DNA of 64,000 bases from Bacteroidota bacterium (GTDB taxonomy: Bacteria > Bacteroidota > Bacteroidia > Chitinophagales > CAMDFR01): positions 147,813-211,812 of the forward strand of contig JBAXTO010000001.1 of the NCBI GenBank assembly GCA_037130135.1, in the 5' to 3' direction. The translations under genes and the position numbers were made by a program. This document shows, in pieces, positions 31,238 through 40,584 of this stretch (the stretch's first letter is position 1; each line of letters starts with the position of its first letter). The notes beneath the pieces were generated by a model. That model searched no databases and was not told the origin of the DNA. It saw only the letters and a program-made list of their open reading frames with translations.

Positions 31238-31704
31238 GATCTAATATTATGATACAAAGTTAAAATATTTGATTCGTTTCTAATACTCTAAAACGAATTA
31301 AACGAATCCTCCATTTAATAAGTTCATTATTTTAAGAATGCAATTTTTAGATTTCCTCCATTGAATCAAAAAATGGTTTTGTCAAGCACCTAAATTTCTA
31401 AATTCATAGCTCTTTTTCATTAAAATACACCTTGTTATTTTTAGTGATTAGTTTGATTCTATTTTAGATTTATTAAAAAAACTCAATGTGCTTATGTATA
31501 AATACAATCTATTTTATCAATAAGCTTTTATTAAATTGTAATTAGACAAATTTAATATTGTAAGTTTCATCTATTTTACTTTTAAATTCAATTTCATTAA
31601 AGATTAGGTTTTGCATCGAAGCGACTATAATTATTAGCATTGTAAAGCCTGAATTTCTATATTTACATACAAAATCATTAAATATAAAAAAGATACTAAT
31701 CAGT

Positions 31705-32859
31705 TTGCTATCCATTTTTAAAAAATGGAAGCAATGGACCCTCAAACTTCAAGGTAAAACAGAGACAGATGTTCACAATCAACGAATTGTGTCGGGGAAA
31801 GCCTGGGAAGAATTTTGCGATACCTTAAAAGCTGCTGGTGCATCTGTCTATTTTGGCAATTCCCCTAAAGATCCATTTAATCAAGCAGAAGCTTATCGCT
31901 ACTTGACTCGATTAACTAGGGCGGGTTTAGAGGCTTTTGTTGAATTTGCTGATCCCGAATTTCCTGTTTTACGTTGTATGGTACATGAAACCGTTAAACT
32001 TGGTGCTGATAATCCGGATAATTATTATCAAAATGCCCAAATTACAGGTGCATATGATTATATAATTAGAGGAAATCGAAATTCGATTTATTATTTAGGC
32101 TTTTTTACTCAAAATGGAAGCTATGGAAGTACAGGTGGATTAGCGCCTTGTGGTGCTTTGGAAGCAACAGATATGGTCATAGAACCAGATGGTAGTTTTG
32201 AAATTATCTTAAGTAAAGAGAAAAAAGGTAAAAATTGGCTTAAAATAGAAGAAAATACCAGCTTATTGATGGTTCGTCAAACCTATATGGATAGAGCCAA
32301 TGAACAGATAGCAACGATGGAAATTCAGGCGATTAATGGTCCTAAAGCTCCAGCCCCCATTACGGTTCAAATGATTGATAATGGACTGAACACGGCGGGT
32401 ACTTTTGTGGCAGGAGCATCTATGCTTTTCGCCAAATGGGCCAATGATTTCGAAAAACATACTAATCGTCTTCCTCAAATGGACCCCGCAAAATCGAATG
32501 CCGCTGGTGGAGATAAAAATATCGCTTATTATCATAGTTACTGGAAAGTTGCTAAAGATGAAGCATTAGTCATAGAGGTACTGCCACCGAATTGCAGGCA
32601 TTGGAATTTTCAATTGAATAATCATTGGATGGAATCATTAGATTATCGCTATTTCCCCATTCATGTCAATAAACATAGTGCTACCTATAAAAGTGATGGA
32701 TCAGTAAGAGTGATTGTAGCACATGAAAATCTGGGTTTTGATAATTGGATTGATACTTGTGGTCACTCACAAGGCACTATGCTATGGCGTTGGTGGCATG
32801 CCGATGCATTCCCAGAACCTACTTGTACGTTAATTAAATTAAGTGATTATAAAAAATAG
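31705..32859 (+). CDS. DUF1214-like protein
   Basis: GADNPDNYY, DGSFEIILS, WNFQLNNHWMESLDYRY, NWIDTCGH; TTG start uncertain. Confidence 0.7.
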   Translation: MLSIFKKWKQWTLKLQGKTETDVHNQRIVSGKAWEEFCDTLKAAGASVYFGNSPKDPFNQAEAYRYLTRLTRAGLEAFVEFADPEFPVLRCMVHETVKLGADNPDNYYQNAQITGAYDYIIRGNRNSIYYLGFFTQNGSYGSTGGLAPCGALEATDMVIEPDGSFEIILSKEKKGKNWLKIEENTSLLMVRQTYMDRANEQIATMEIQAINGPKAPAPITVQMIDNGLNTAGTFVAGASMLFAKWANDFEKHTNRLPQMDPAKSNAAGGDKNIAYYHSYWKVAKDEALVIEVLPPNCRHWNFQLNNHWMESLDYRYFPIHVNKHSATYKSDGSVRVIVAHENLGFDNWIDTCGHSQGTMLWRWWHADAFPEPTCTLIKLSDYKK

Positions 32860-32860
32860 T

Positions 32861-34060
32861 ATGCAAACAAGCTCAAGACCATTTTTAATCAAGTTATTTA
32901 ATTCGTTGCCTATTGCAAGCTCTTTAGAGTTAAATGCATTACTACAAGCGGCTAAAAAAAAATCGGGAATTCATGATTTTGAAGATACATCATTTCTTGT
33001 TGGATTAGAAAAATTACTTCAGGGTATACAAACAGAAGCACAATTACATTCATTTGGAAAATTTATTACGAAACAACGATTAGTCAATGTGCTAGCAAAT
33101 AGATTGCGTGTTGAAGAGATCTTACGCCAACATCCTGAAATTGCTTCGATAGAAATTAAAGCACCAATTATTATCACAGGCTTGCAACGAACGGGTACTA
33201 CTAGATTGCATCGATTGTTTAGTTCACATCCACAAGTACGTTCCTTAAAATCATGGGAGGCTTTACATCCTGTTCCACTAAAAAATGAGGTGTCGAATCA
33301 ACAACGAATTTCGTTTGCTAAAACTGCTGAAAAGGCTTTGAAATATATGTCTCCTGAGTTTTTTGCAATTCATCCTGTAGAGCATGCTGCACCCGAAGAA
33401 GATATTTTATTGAATGATATGACCTTTGTAAGCACGGTTCCTGAAGCTACGATGCATTTGCCTTCTTATGCCCATTGGGTTGAAAAACAAAGTCATTTAG
33501 AAGCCTATCAATACGTGAAAAAAGTATTGCAAATACTTACTTATCAAAATCCAAATGAACGATGGGTATTAAAAACGCCTCAATATTTAGAATTTTTAGA
33601 TGAGGCGACAACCGTATTTCCGGATGCTAAATTTATTCATACGTATAGAGATCCTTTGAAAGTTTTGCCTTCTTTTTTTAGTATGGTCTACCATAGTAGA
33701 AAAATATTTTCAGACCAAGTCAGTGCTGAATTAGGCGCTAAACATTGGTTACGTAAAAATAGCTATATGATGGATAAGGCAATGAAATATTGGAATACAC
33801 ATGATAGCGCACATACGATGCATGTATCTTACTATGATATGTTACAAAATCCAATAGAAGAAATGAAAAAGATTTATGCATTCGTTGGTTTAGAATTTGA
33901 TTCCGATTCGCAACAAAAATTAGTTGAAGTAGATCAAAAAAATACCCAAAATAAATACGGAGTGCACCGCTATGATTTGGCTGATTTTAATATAAGCAAG
34001 GCAGATATAGAAAACGCATTTGAATTATACCGAACCACATTTAATATTCCTTATGAGTAA
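32861..34060 (+). CDS. Sulfotransferase family protein
   Basis: PAPS-binding GLQRTGTT, WVLKTP, RDPLKVLPS, KYGVHRY; ATG 32861. Confidence 0.85.
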   Translation: MQTSSRPFLIKLFNSLPIASSLELNALLQAAKKKSGIHDFEDTSFLVGLEKLLQGIQTEAQLHSFGKFITKQRLVNVLANRLRVEEILRQHPEIASIEIKAPIIITGLQRTGTTRLHRLFSSHPQVRSLKSWEALHPVPLKNEVSNQQRISFAKTAEKALKYMSPEFFAIHPVEHAAPEEDILLNDMTFVSTVPEATMHLPSYAHWVEKQSHLEAYQYVKKVLQILTYQNPNERWVLKTPQYLEFLDEATTVFPDAKFIHTYRDPLKVLPSFFSMVYHSRKIFSDQVSAELGAKHWLRKNSYMMDKAMKYWNTHDSAHTMHVSYYDMLQNPIEEMKKIYAFVGLEFDSDSQQKLVEVDQKNTQNKYGVHRYDLADFNISKADIENAFELYRTTFNIPYE

Positions 34061-35021
34061 TCAAGCAAAATATGATAATCCATTTAAAGCAACATTCAAT
34101 GGTATTTTAGATTTGTTTAAAAAACAAATACCGATTGGAAAACTACTTGAGAATGAAAGATTAGACGGGAAGACCTGTTTAGTGACAGGTGCTAATTCTG
34201 GTTTAGGTTATGCGGTTGCGGTACAATTTGCACAGCGAGGAGCGCAGGTTATCATGGCCTGTAGAAGTGGTATTCCAAGTGCTGGGGAACAAGCAAAAAA
34301 AGAATCGGGTTCTTCTAAAATAGAAATGATGTCGGTTGGTTTGAGTGACTTAGAAAGCATAGATCATTTAGTAGAACAATTAAATAATAGAGGAATTAGT
34401 ATCGATATTTGTGTGTTTAATGCTGCTGTAGTACCTTCAGGATCCTTTAAAACAAAAAGTGGATTTGATCAAATGTTTTTAGTAAATTATTTATCTACTT
34501 TTAAATTAGCTAATCTTTTAATTGATCAATCAATTATCAAAAAAAATACAACCATAGCGCCGCGAATTATTTTTGTTTCCTCTGAATCGCATCGTACTCA
34601 ACAAAATATTGACTTCGAACAATTAGGTAAATATGAAGAATATACGATGGGAAAAGTGATAGCCTTATATGGATATTATAAATTATTGCTGAGCACTTTT
34701 GCAACTGAGTTGCAACGAAGAGTAAATCAAAATGGAGTGGCCATCAGTGTTTTTACACTTTGTCCAGGTCCAGTCAATTCTAATATTGCGAAAGCCGCAC
34801 CGAAAATCTTTCTGCCTTTATTAAAAATTATATTCAAGCTATTTTTCAAAGACCCCAAAGATGCTGCCGAACCAGTTTTGTACTTAGCCTGTGCAAAGTC
34901 TTTACAAAATAAAGCAAGTATCTATTTACATTTAATGCAACAAAAAGAAATGGATTCCAAAGCCTTAGATGCCAATAATGGTAAGCGTTTGTGGGAAAAA
35001 TCAGAGCAACTACTAGGTTAA
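34053..35021 (+). CDS. SDR oxidoreductase (retinol dehydrogenase-like)
   Basis: TGANSGLG, FNAAV, VSSESH, YGYYK; ATG 34053 overlaps the sulfotransferase end. Confidence 0.85.
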   Translation: MSNQAKYDNPFKATFNGILDLFKKQIPIGKLLENERLDGKTCLVTGANSGLGYAVAVQFAQRGAQVIMACRSGIPSAGEQAKKESGSSKIEMMSVGLSDLESIDHLVEQLNNRGISIDICVFNAAVVPSGSFKTKSGFDQMFLVNYLSTFKLANLLIDQSIIKKNTTIAPRIIFVSSESHRTQQNIDFEQLGKYEEYTMGKVIALYGYYKLLLSTFATELQRRVNQNGVAISVFTLCPGPVNSNIAKAAPKIFLPLLKIIFKLFFKDPKDAAEPVLYLACAKSLQNKASIYLHLMQQKEMDSKALDANNGKRLWEKSEQLLG

Positions 35022-35047
35022 TTACGAATTACGAATTACGAATTTCA
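35020..35047 (+). repeat. Heptamer tandem array (AATTACG)x3 plus one degenerate unit
   Basis: AATTACG at 35020, 35027, 35034; AATTTCA at 35041. Confidence 0.85.
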
Positions 35048-35165
35048 AATTGTTTTTTGTATTTCCCTGAATGATTTGATTGTATAGGTTAAATAAAATA
35101 TACCAGTACTCAATTGGTGTTTTAAAAAAATCAAGATTAGTTCTCTATTTGTTATTAAAAATATA

Positions 35166-35528
35166 ATGAAATCAGATAACTTAATTCAAACAAAAAGTTT
35201 TGAATTTGCTATTGATATAATTAATCTATATAAATATCTTACAAAAGATATGAAAGAATATGTACTTTCTAAGCAATTATTAAGAAGTGGAACATCCATA
35301 GGAGCTAATGTTGAGGAAGCTATAGGTGCCCAATCTAAAGCAGATTTTATGCATAAACTTACTATTTCCTATAAAGAAGCAAGAGAAACATTATATTGGA
35401 TAAAATTACTATCAGCTACACATTATATTTCTACTATTCAAGAAGAGAAATTTATTAAATCTATAGATGAATTATGCAGAATTATTGGAAGTATCCAAAT
35501 AACTTTAAAAAGGAATATTATAAAATAA
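35166..35528 (+). CDS. Four-helix-bundle protein (TIGR02436 / IVS protein-like)
   Basis: KSFEFA, KQLLRSGTSIGANVEEA, SKADF, KEARETLYW. Confidence 0.9.
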   Translation: MKSDNLIQTKSFEFAIDIINLYKYLTKDMKEYVLSKQLLRSGTSIGANVEEAIGAQSKADFMHKLTISYKEARETLYWIKLLSATHYISTIQEEKFIKSIDELCRIIGSIQITLKRNIIK

Positions 35529-35586
35529 TAGTATACTTATTACCTGTTTATAATAGCTAACTACTTAATTAAATGAACACATTTTT

Positions 35587-35663
35587 CGTAATTCGTAATT
35601 CGTAATCTGTAATTCTAATTTATTAATTCCTAATTCTTAATTTTTAATTCTTAATTCTTAATT
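35587..35663 (-). repeat. Heptamer tandem array (CGTAATT/CTTAATT), inverted relative to the 35020 array
   Basis: CGTAATT at 35587 and 35594, then about nine degenerate NNTAATT units. Confidence 0.85.
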
Positions 35664-36092
35664 CTTTTCTTCCGCAAAGTTTTTCAATCCGCTTGCTACT
35701 GCATCAAAGCCTTTTTGAATTTTAGTACGGTAGAGGAGCATTACTAATGGAACAAGAATTCCCCAGAATTTATCGTAAGTATAATATTGTGTTTGTGTCG
35801 GACTTAAAGCTGTGAGTACTTGAGCTCGTTCAGTTTTTACAGGGAAAGGAGAGGAGATACCCCATGCCACAGATTCTTTTTCTTTGATCCATAAAATCTG
35901 TTCTTTTTGTTTCAAAATTTTATTATCAAGATTCATATTGACATGCAAAATAATATCAGAACCTACTTCAAAAGTTGTTTCAATTTTAGGAGTAAAAGGA
36001 TTCCACAAATGGTACCTGTCTTTCTCCATTAAAATATTCCATACCTTATCTACTGGAGCATTGATAATGATAGTTGATTCGATAATTTGCAT
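35658..36092 (-). CDS. SRPBCC / polyketide cyclase-like protein
   Basis: IINAPVDKVW...WNPF, C-terminal GF..V..GLK.FAE. Confidence 0.8.
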   Translation of the reverse strand: MQIIESTIIINAPVDKVWNILMEKDRYHLWNPFTPKIETTFEVGSDIILHVNMNLDNKILKQKEQILWIKEKESVAWGISSPFPVKTERAQVLTALSPTQTQYYTYDKFWGILVPLVMLLYRTKIQKGFDAVASGLKNFAEEKN

Positions 36093-36116
36093 ATATATTC
36101 ATTTAAATACTTAAAA

Positions 36117-36370
36117 TTAAACTAAAAAAAAATTATGAATTTCATCTCTCAATTTTTTATCTACCCGAACGGTTTCAGCAAAGGTAATCCATTTCGAAAT
36201 ACTTGTGCGTACTTCATAAAGGTTATCTTTTGCTTTTTTGATATTCATTTCTTTGGCAAGTGACAATAAATCTTCATCTTGTATGATATCACTTTTACCC
36301 CAATTGTAAGTGATTGTTTGCTCATACAAGGGCTATCGGTATAATAAACAAAGCAAATATCAAATTCAAA
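36117..36370 (-). pseudogene. hipA toxin C-terminal remnant, frameshifted
   Basis: One frame gives FEFDICFVYYTDSPCMSKQSLTIG, shifting at the G run near 36300 to GKSD..EDLLSLAKEMNIKKA..EVRTSISKWITFAE; resembles the HipA C-terminus; no N-terminal part. Confidence 0.6.
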
Positions 36371-36481
36371 TAGTAATATTATCGGATTAAAATTATAGAT
36401 CTTTAGTTACAGGCTATAAATGAAGAAATAACTTTAATGTTAAAGTAAAAAGAAGAAAATAGGCGTATCATATTAAATCCA

Positions 36482-37519
36482 CTAACGTTCTTCTTGGTAG
36501 TAAATTTTATAAAATTTTCGACCATTTTCATCTATCCCTTGTTCAATCATATCTCTATTGCCATGGATATATACATGAAAATTTTTATCCAATTTTAATA
36601 CGCTTTTAAAGACACGTGCTTGTTTTTTTACCGCTTGAGTAGATATTTCAAAGCTATCAGATAACTCCACTTCATTTTCTGTTCGATAGGATTGATCAAA
36701 TTTTCTAAAAGATTTGATGATGCCACTATCTGCAAAAACCTCTTCCTCAAATTCTTTTTTATTAAAGTTATCGTGGCTTTTAAAATAATCTACCGAACGA
36801 TTTAAAAGGTCGATTTTATCCGTCTGATTTACTTCAAATTCTTGTTCTAATTGTTTGGTGACAAATTGCTTCGCAATACCTAAAAACTGATTGGTTTGAT
36901 GGTATTCGTTATTTTGAATTTGCACACTTAAAAATTGATCTTTCCAATATTGAGCCTCGTTGCCTTTATTCGTATTATCGATAATACTAAGTACATATCC
37001 CGCTTCACTACTGGTATTAAAAATCAAACAACCTTTATCTAGTTTATTGATATTGATTCCTTGTCGACTCTCAATTTCAAAATCATCTTTTAGTTGTTCT
37101 ACTTCTAAAAAAGTATCTTTATTTTCTGATTTGAAAATACCGATTGCATCGATGACTTCATTTCTAAAAATGCATTCGTTGAAATGTACCACATAGAGTT
37201 CACCACCTTTGGTATTAGGATGTATACTTTGATTGTACAAATGTTTGGCGATATGTATGGACTGTTGATAGGTAGATTCTGGATTAGAAAAAATCTCCGT
37301 TACATAGGTATATACCTCATTTAAAGATAAGTTGGTGTCGTGGTAAAAGGTATATAGCTCTTCCGTTTTAAAGGGTTTTAAAAAATATTGTAATAAGATA
37401 TGTTGAATCTCTTCTGTTAAAGAAAGAGAATTTCTGCTTATACTCAAGTCTTCACCAGCTGTTTTATTCCCAACATGATGAACGATTAAATCTTTTATAG
37501 CGGCTATTGTAAATGACAT
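36482..37519 (-). CDS. Nucleoid-associated protein (NdpA/YejK-like)
   Basis: HHVGNK, IGIFKSENK..FL, KLDKGCLIFN, YWKDQFL, KLDKNFHVYIHG. Confidence 0.75.
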   Translation of the reverse strand: MSFTIAAIKDLIVHHVGNKTAGEDLSISRNSLSLTEEIQHILLQYFLKPFKTEELYTFYHDTNLSLNEVYTYVTEIFSNPESTYQQSIHIAKHLYNQSIHPNTKGGELYVVHFNECIFRNEVIDAIGIFKSENKDTFLEVEQLKDDFEIESRQGININKLDKGCLIFNTSSEAGYVLSIIDNTNKGNEAQYWKDQFLSVQIQNNEYHQTNQFLGIAKQFVTKQLEQEFEVNQTDKIDLLNRSVDYFKSHDNFNKKEFEEEVFADSGIIKSFRKFDQSYRTENEVELSDSFEISTQAVKKQARVFKSVLKLDKNFHVYIHGNRDMIEQGIDENGRKFYKIYYQEER

Positions 37520-37643
37520 ATAAAATTCGACGTCTTTTTCTTTTTGGTAAATAATTTTATTTAATATTTATTCATCTATGTATAGGAGTTAATAAAGTAT
37601 ATCCCATATAGAAAGAAACAAAGGTAATAAAATCAATGCGTGC

Positions 37644-37660
37644 TTACTTTCCGATACAAA
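37644..37660 (-). mobile_element. Putative att site: orphan copy of the mnmE (trmE) 3' end
   Basis: Minus strand TT TGT ATC GGA AAG TAA = CIGK*, the conserved MnmE C-terminus; upstream residues are not MnmE-like. Confidence 0.75.
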
Positions 37661-37719
37661 TTGTTAAGTGAAAATGTAAACCCTTATTAATAAAGGCTTT
37701 CAGGGGTTGCGTATTTATT

Positions 37720-37740
37720 TGGGCAACAACTGGGCAACAA
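37720..37740 (+). repeat. Tandem 10-bp direct repeat, putative integrase arm-type sites
   Basis: TGGGCAACAA at 37720-37729 and 37731-37740, 60 bp inside the att core. Confidence 0.65.
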
Positions 37741-37848
37741 AACCCACTAAAACAAGTGCAAGTACAGCACAAAGAAAAGAAAAAATGTTGTTTGGTGTAG
37801 AGTGTGTTTGTCCTTATCATAAGCAATAAGCGAAGATAAGTTTTTACA

Positions 37849-38037
37849 CTATCTTAATTGACTAACAACTGCTTCCAATTGTAAGCCCATATACTGGCAG
37901 AACTCTTCAACGGTAACAACTTGGTGTTGCTGCTTGTTGAAGTACTCTTTAATCCTCTTAATAAGGTATCTACCATATCTGTCGCTTTTGCCTGTGATTA
38001 TCTGAATGTCTTTCGGATAAATACACAGTCTATTCAT
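37849..38037 (-). CDS. Small conserved Bacteroidota protein, possible DNA-binding
   Basis: CIYPKDIQIITGKSDRYGR..VTVEEFCQYMGL; TATCTTTG box upstream at 38093-38100. Confidence 0.7.
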   Translation of the reverse strand: MNRLCIYPKDIQIITGKSDRYGRYLIKRIKEYFNKQQHQVVTVEEFCQYMGLQLEAVVSQLR

Positions 38038-38173
38038 TTAACTAATACTCTTTTTATACTCTATCCATACATCTGGTATAAAGTAAACATCGCAAAGATA
38101 ATATGTTTTTGTGAGTGGTAAAAGTGTGTTTGTTGGAATAATGTGGCAATAACGGAAATATCGGAAGTGGTTA

Positions 38174-38205
38174 TTTGTAGAGCCTTATAAAGCGTTATAG
38201 TTTTG
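38174..38205 (+). promoter_or_regulatory. Bacteroidota housekeeping-sigma promoter
   Basis: TTTG (38174-38177), 20-bp spacer, TAGTTTTG (38198-38205), just before ATG 38213. Confidence 0.7.
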
Positions 38206-38212
38206 TATCGTG

Positions 38213-38725
38213 ATGAAGAAAATAATTGTATCGGTTTTGTTTTTAACGGCTTTTACAGCCGCTTTTTCGCAAGAAGAAGCAAGGGTGATGAAAGTTAAGG
38301 ATGGCGATACTTACGTTCTTAAAACAATTGCAAAGGAGCATACAATAAGGTTATTAAATATTGATGCTCCCGAACTAAATCAACACTGGGGTTTTAACTC
38401 TTGGCTCAATGTAAAAGCCTTGATACTTGGTAAAGTGGTAAGGTTTGAAGTATTGAAAACTGATGTGTACGGTAGAGAATTGGCAATGGTATATGTGGAT
38501 GGGCAAAGACTGGATGAAATACTTATTGCAAATGGTTGGGCTTGGCACTACATCAATTTTGATACTGATGCAAGGCTTGAAGATTTGATGCGGAAAGCAT
38601 CAAGCGAAAGAAAAGGACTTTGGGAATGTGGGGCTGAAAAAGTTTGTCCGCCCTGGCTATTCAGAAAGTATAATGCAAGAAACAGATACAGGTTTTGTAA
38701 AGGCTGTATCGCAACAAAAAAGTAA
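38213..38725 (+). CDS. Thermonuclease (SNase) family protein, secreted
   Basis: Signal peptide; VKDGDT, IRLLNIDAPE, DVYGRELA, GWAWHY, RKGLW, PPWLFRK. Confidence 0.9.
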   Translation: MKKIIVSVLFLTAFTAAFSQEEARVMKVKDGDTYVLKTIAKEHTIRLLNIDAPELNQHWGFNSWLNVKALILGKVVRFEVLKTDVYGRELAMVYVDGQRLDEILIANGWAWHYINFDTDARLEDLMRKASSERKGLWECGAEKVCPPWLFRKYNARNRYRFCKGCIATKK

Positions 38726-38752
38726 TTACTAACAATTTAAATAAATAAAAAA

Positions 38753-39502
38753 ATGGCAAGATTAAAAGGCTTACTAAAAATAGAAGGTACATTGGATAAC
38801 CTTACCTTCTACAAAACACAGGATGGACATCTTGTGAAAACAAAAAGTGGTGTATCTGGTGACAGAATAGCCAATGATCCTAACTTTCAGCGTACCCGTG
38901 AAAACGGTAGCGAATTTGGAAGCTCTGCAAGTGCTGGAAAATTACTCCGCAATGCTGTTCGTAATTTGATGATGAACGCAAGTGACAACCGTGTTACAAG
39001 TCGTTTAACGCAAATAATGACACAGATTAAAAACTACGATGCCACTTCTCCAAGAGGTGAAAGAAATGTAGGTATCGGAATTGCGGACCCAATGGCACAA
39101 GCCTTGTTGAAAGGTTTTGATTTCAATGATAGTGCAACTTTGGGTAGTGTTGTATTTGCTCCGTTCACTGTAAACACTGGTACTGGTGATGTTGCTTTCC
39201 CTGCATTCACTCCTATCAATGATATTTACTACCCTACTGGAGCAACCCACGTTAGTTTTAAATCTGCGTTTGCTGATGTGGATTTTGTAAACAACGTGAG
39301 TGCAATTGAATACAGCCCTGTGCAAAATTTGCCAATTGATGGTACAAACACTCCATTCAATTTACTTCCTGCCGGTGTTCCAGCAGGTGCAGGTACAAAA
39401 CTTTATTTCTTGACAATAGAGTTTTTCCAAGAGGTAAACGCTATTCAATACCCTTTAAAAAATGGTGCTTACAACGTGTTAAACATTGTTGAATTAGCCT
39501 AA
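38753..39502 (+). CDS. Conserved Bacteroidota hypothetical protein
   Basis: MARLKGLLKIEGTLDNLTFYK..DPNFQRTRENGSEFG..P.GATH..IEFFQEVN..YPL; clean 249-aa ORF followed by a terminator. Confidence 0.75.
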   Translation: MARLKGLLKIEGTLDNLTFYKTQDGHLVKTKSGVSGDRIANDPNFQRTRENGSEFGSSASAGKLLRNAVRNLMMNASDNRVTSRLTQIMTQIKNYDATSPRGERNVGIGIADPMAQALLKGFDFNDSATLGSVVFAPFTVNTGTGDVAFPAFTPINDIYYPTGATHVSFKSAFADVDFVNNVSAIEYSPVQNLPIDGTNTPFNLLPAGVPAGAGTKLYFLTIEFFQEVNAIQYPLKNGAYNVLNIVELA

Positions 39503-39527
39503 TAGCTTTCTTTCTTATCGGTTAAAT

Positions 39528-39562
39528 AGAAGCCCTGCCCTTGTGGTGGGGTTTCTTGTTTT
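39528..39562 (+). terminator. Intrinsic terminator
   Basis: AGAAGCCCTGCC-cttgt-GGTGGGGTTTCT (with G-U pairs) followed by TGTTTT. Confidence 0.65.
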
Positions 39563-39850
39563 AAAGCAATAGCAAAGCCCTAAAAGGGCAATGCTGAAAG
39601 CTCACGAACACCTGATGGATAAGACCAAACGAAACAACCACAAGGAAGCTGATAAACCTTGATGCCAAAAACTGGCTGATGGGCTAACCGAGACCTGCGG
39701 ATGTAACGCTGATAAGCAAAAGGTGAAAGCTGCAAGTGCTGATGGAGAACCTGCGGAGTAAAAGGACAAATGCCTAACTGGCTGCCTGCTGAAATACGTG
39801 GATGATTTTGCATAATGAAATAATTTATATGCTTCTCACAGCAAGGGGGA

Positions 39851-39932
39851 TAAAAAAACCAAAAGGAAACGGAATAAATGATAGCCTTGTGCGGTGGGTC
39901 TGTGTTTATGCCGTAGTCTTTTGGTTTTTTTA
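39851..39932. repeat. Long stem-loop repeat, copy 1
   Basis: AAAAAACCAAAAGGAAACGGAATAA ... TTATGCCGTAGTCTTTTGGTTTTTT. Confidence 0.8.
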
Positions 39933-40026
39933 GTGTTGGCTTTGTGCGTCTGCCCCCCTTGCTACTTTTGCATATAAATTTTTTATGGTGCAAAAGCATT
40001 TCCCCAGGTTATGGCAGCCACTACAG

Positions 40027-40449
40027 CTACCTTTTAAAGTGCCTGTACATCATTGCTTTTTTTACATCGGCTAAGAGTGCCAATGTTTCGTACATCTGTT
40101 TTTCTTTTCGTTCTATCAGCTTTACTTTATGGACATCTTGCACAAAGGCATATTTATCTTTGCTGACTGCTTCGGCTTGTGCCTTAATGGTGCTTTTAAA
40201 ATCGCTTATGCGGATAAATGGAATAACTGAACCAGTAAGGAATTGATGAAAATGCTTTGCTTTCCATAAGCCGAAAGAAAGGGTTTTGTAAAAATCCATA
40301 TCATCAGAATTTTTGCAGGAAATTACAAAGCAATTGGGGCAAGGCTTTTCAAGTGGTTTGCCACTATTTAAACCTTTGCATAAAATGTAAACATCAAAAT
40401 CGCTTGTTTGATTTTTTGGATTGAATGTGTGAATTTTTGGACTGTGCAT
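40027..40449 (-). CDS. Hypothetical protein, DUF6943-like
   Basis: From ATG 40449: YILCKGLNSGKPLEKPCPNCFVI..LW..K.F..FLTGSVIPFIRI; the upstream extension in the ORF track runs through the hairpin and looks spurious. Confidence 0.7.
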   Translation of the reverse strand: MHSPKIHTFNPKNQTSDFDVYILCKGLNSGKPLEKPCPNCFVISCKNSDDMDFYKTLSFGLWKAKHFHQFLTGSVIPFIRISDFKSTIKAQAEAVSKDKYAFVQDVHKVKLIERKEKQMYETLALLADVKKAMMYRHFKR

Positions 40450-40584
40450 AATACTTGCTTTAAAGTTTGTATCTGCTTTTGCCCTTGCCTGTGCTGTGCT
40501 TCGCTTACGCTCCGCAACACATATATAATTTGACAAAGAAAAAAAACAGAAAAAAAAAGAAAGCATTCTGATAGGTGGCGTGGC

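Noticed and set aside
35166-35528. Diversity-generating retroelement suggested by the Avd-like four-helix bundle
   Set aside because: No reverse transcriptase and no TR/VR pair seen in the window.
37644-37826. 60-aa ORF ending in CIGK as a real gene
   Set aside because: Only the last four residues match MnmE; the rest spans the att and arm repeats.
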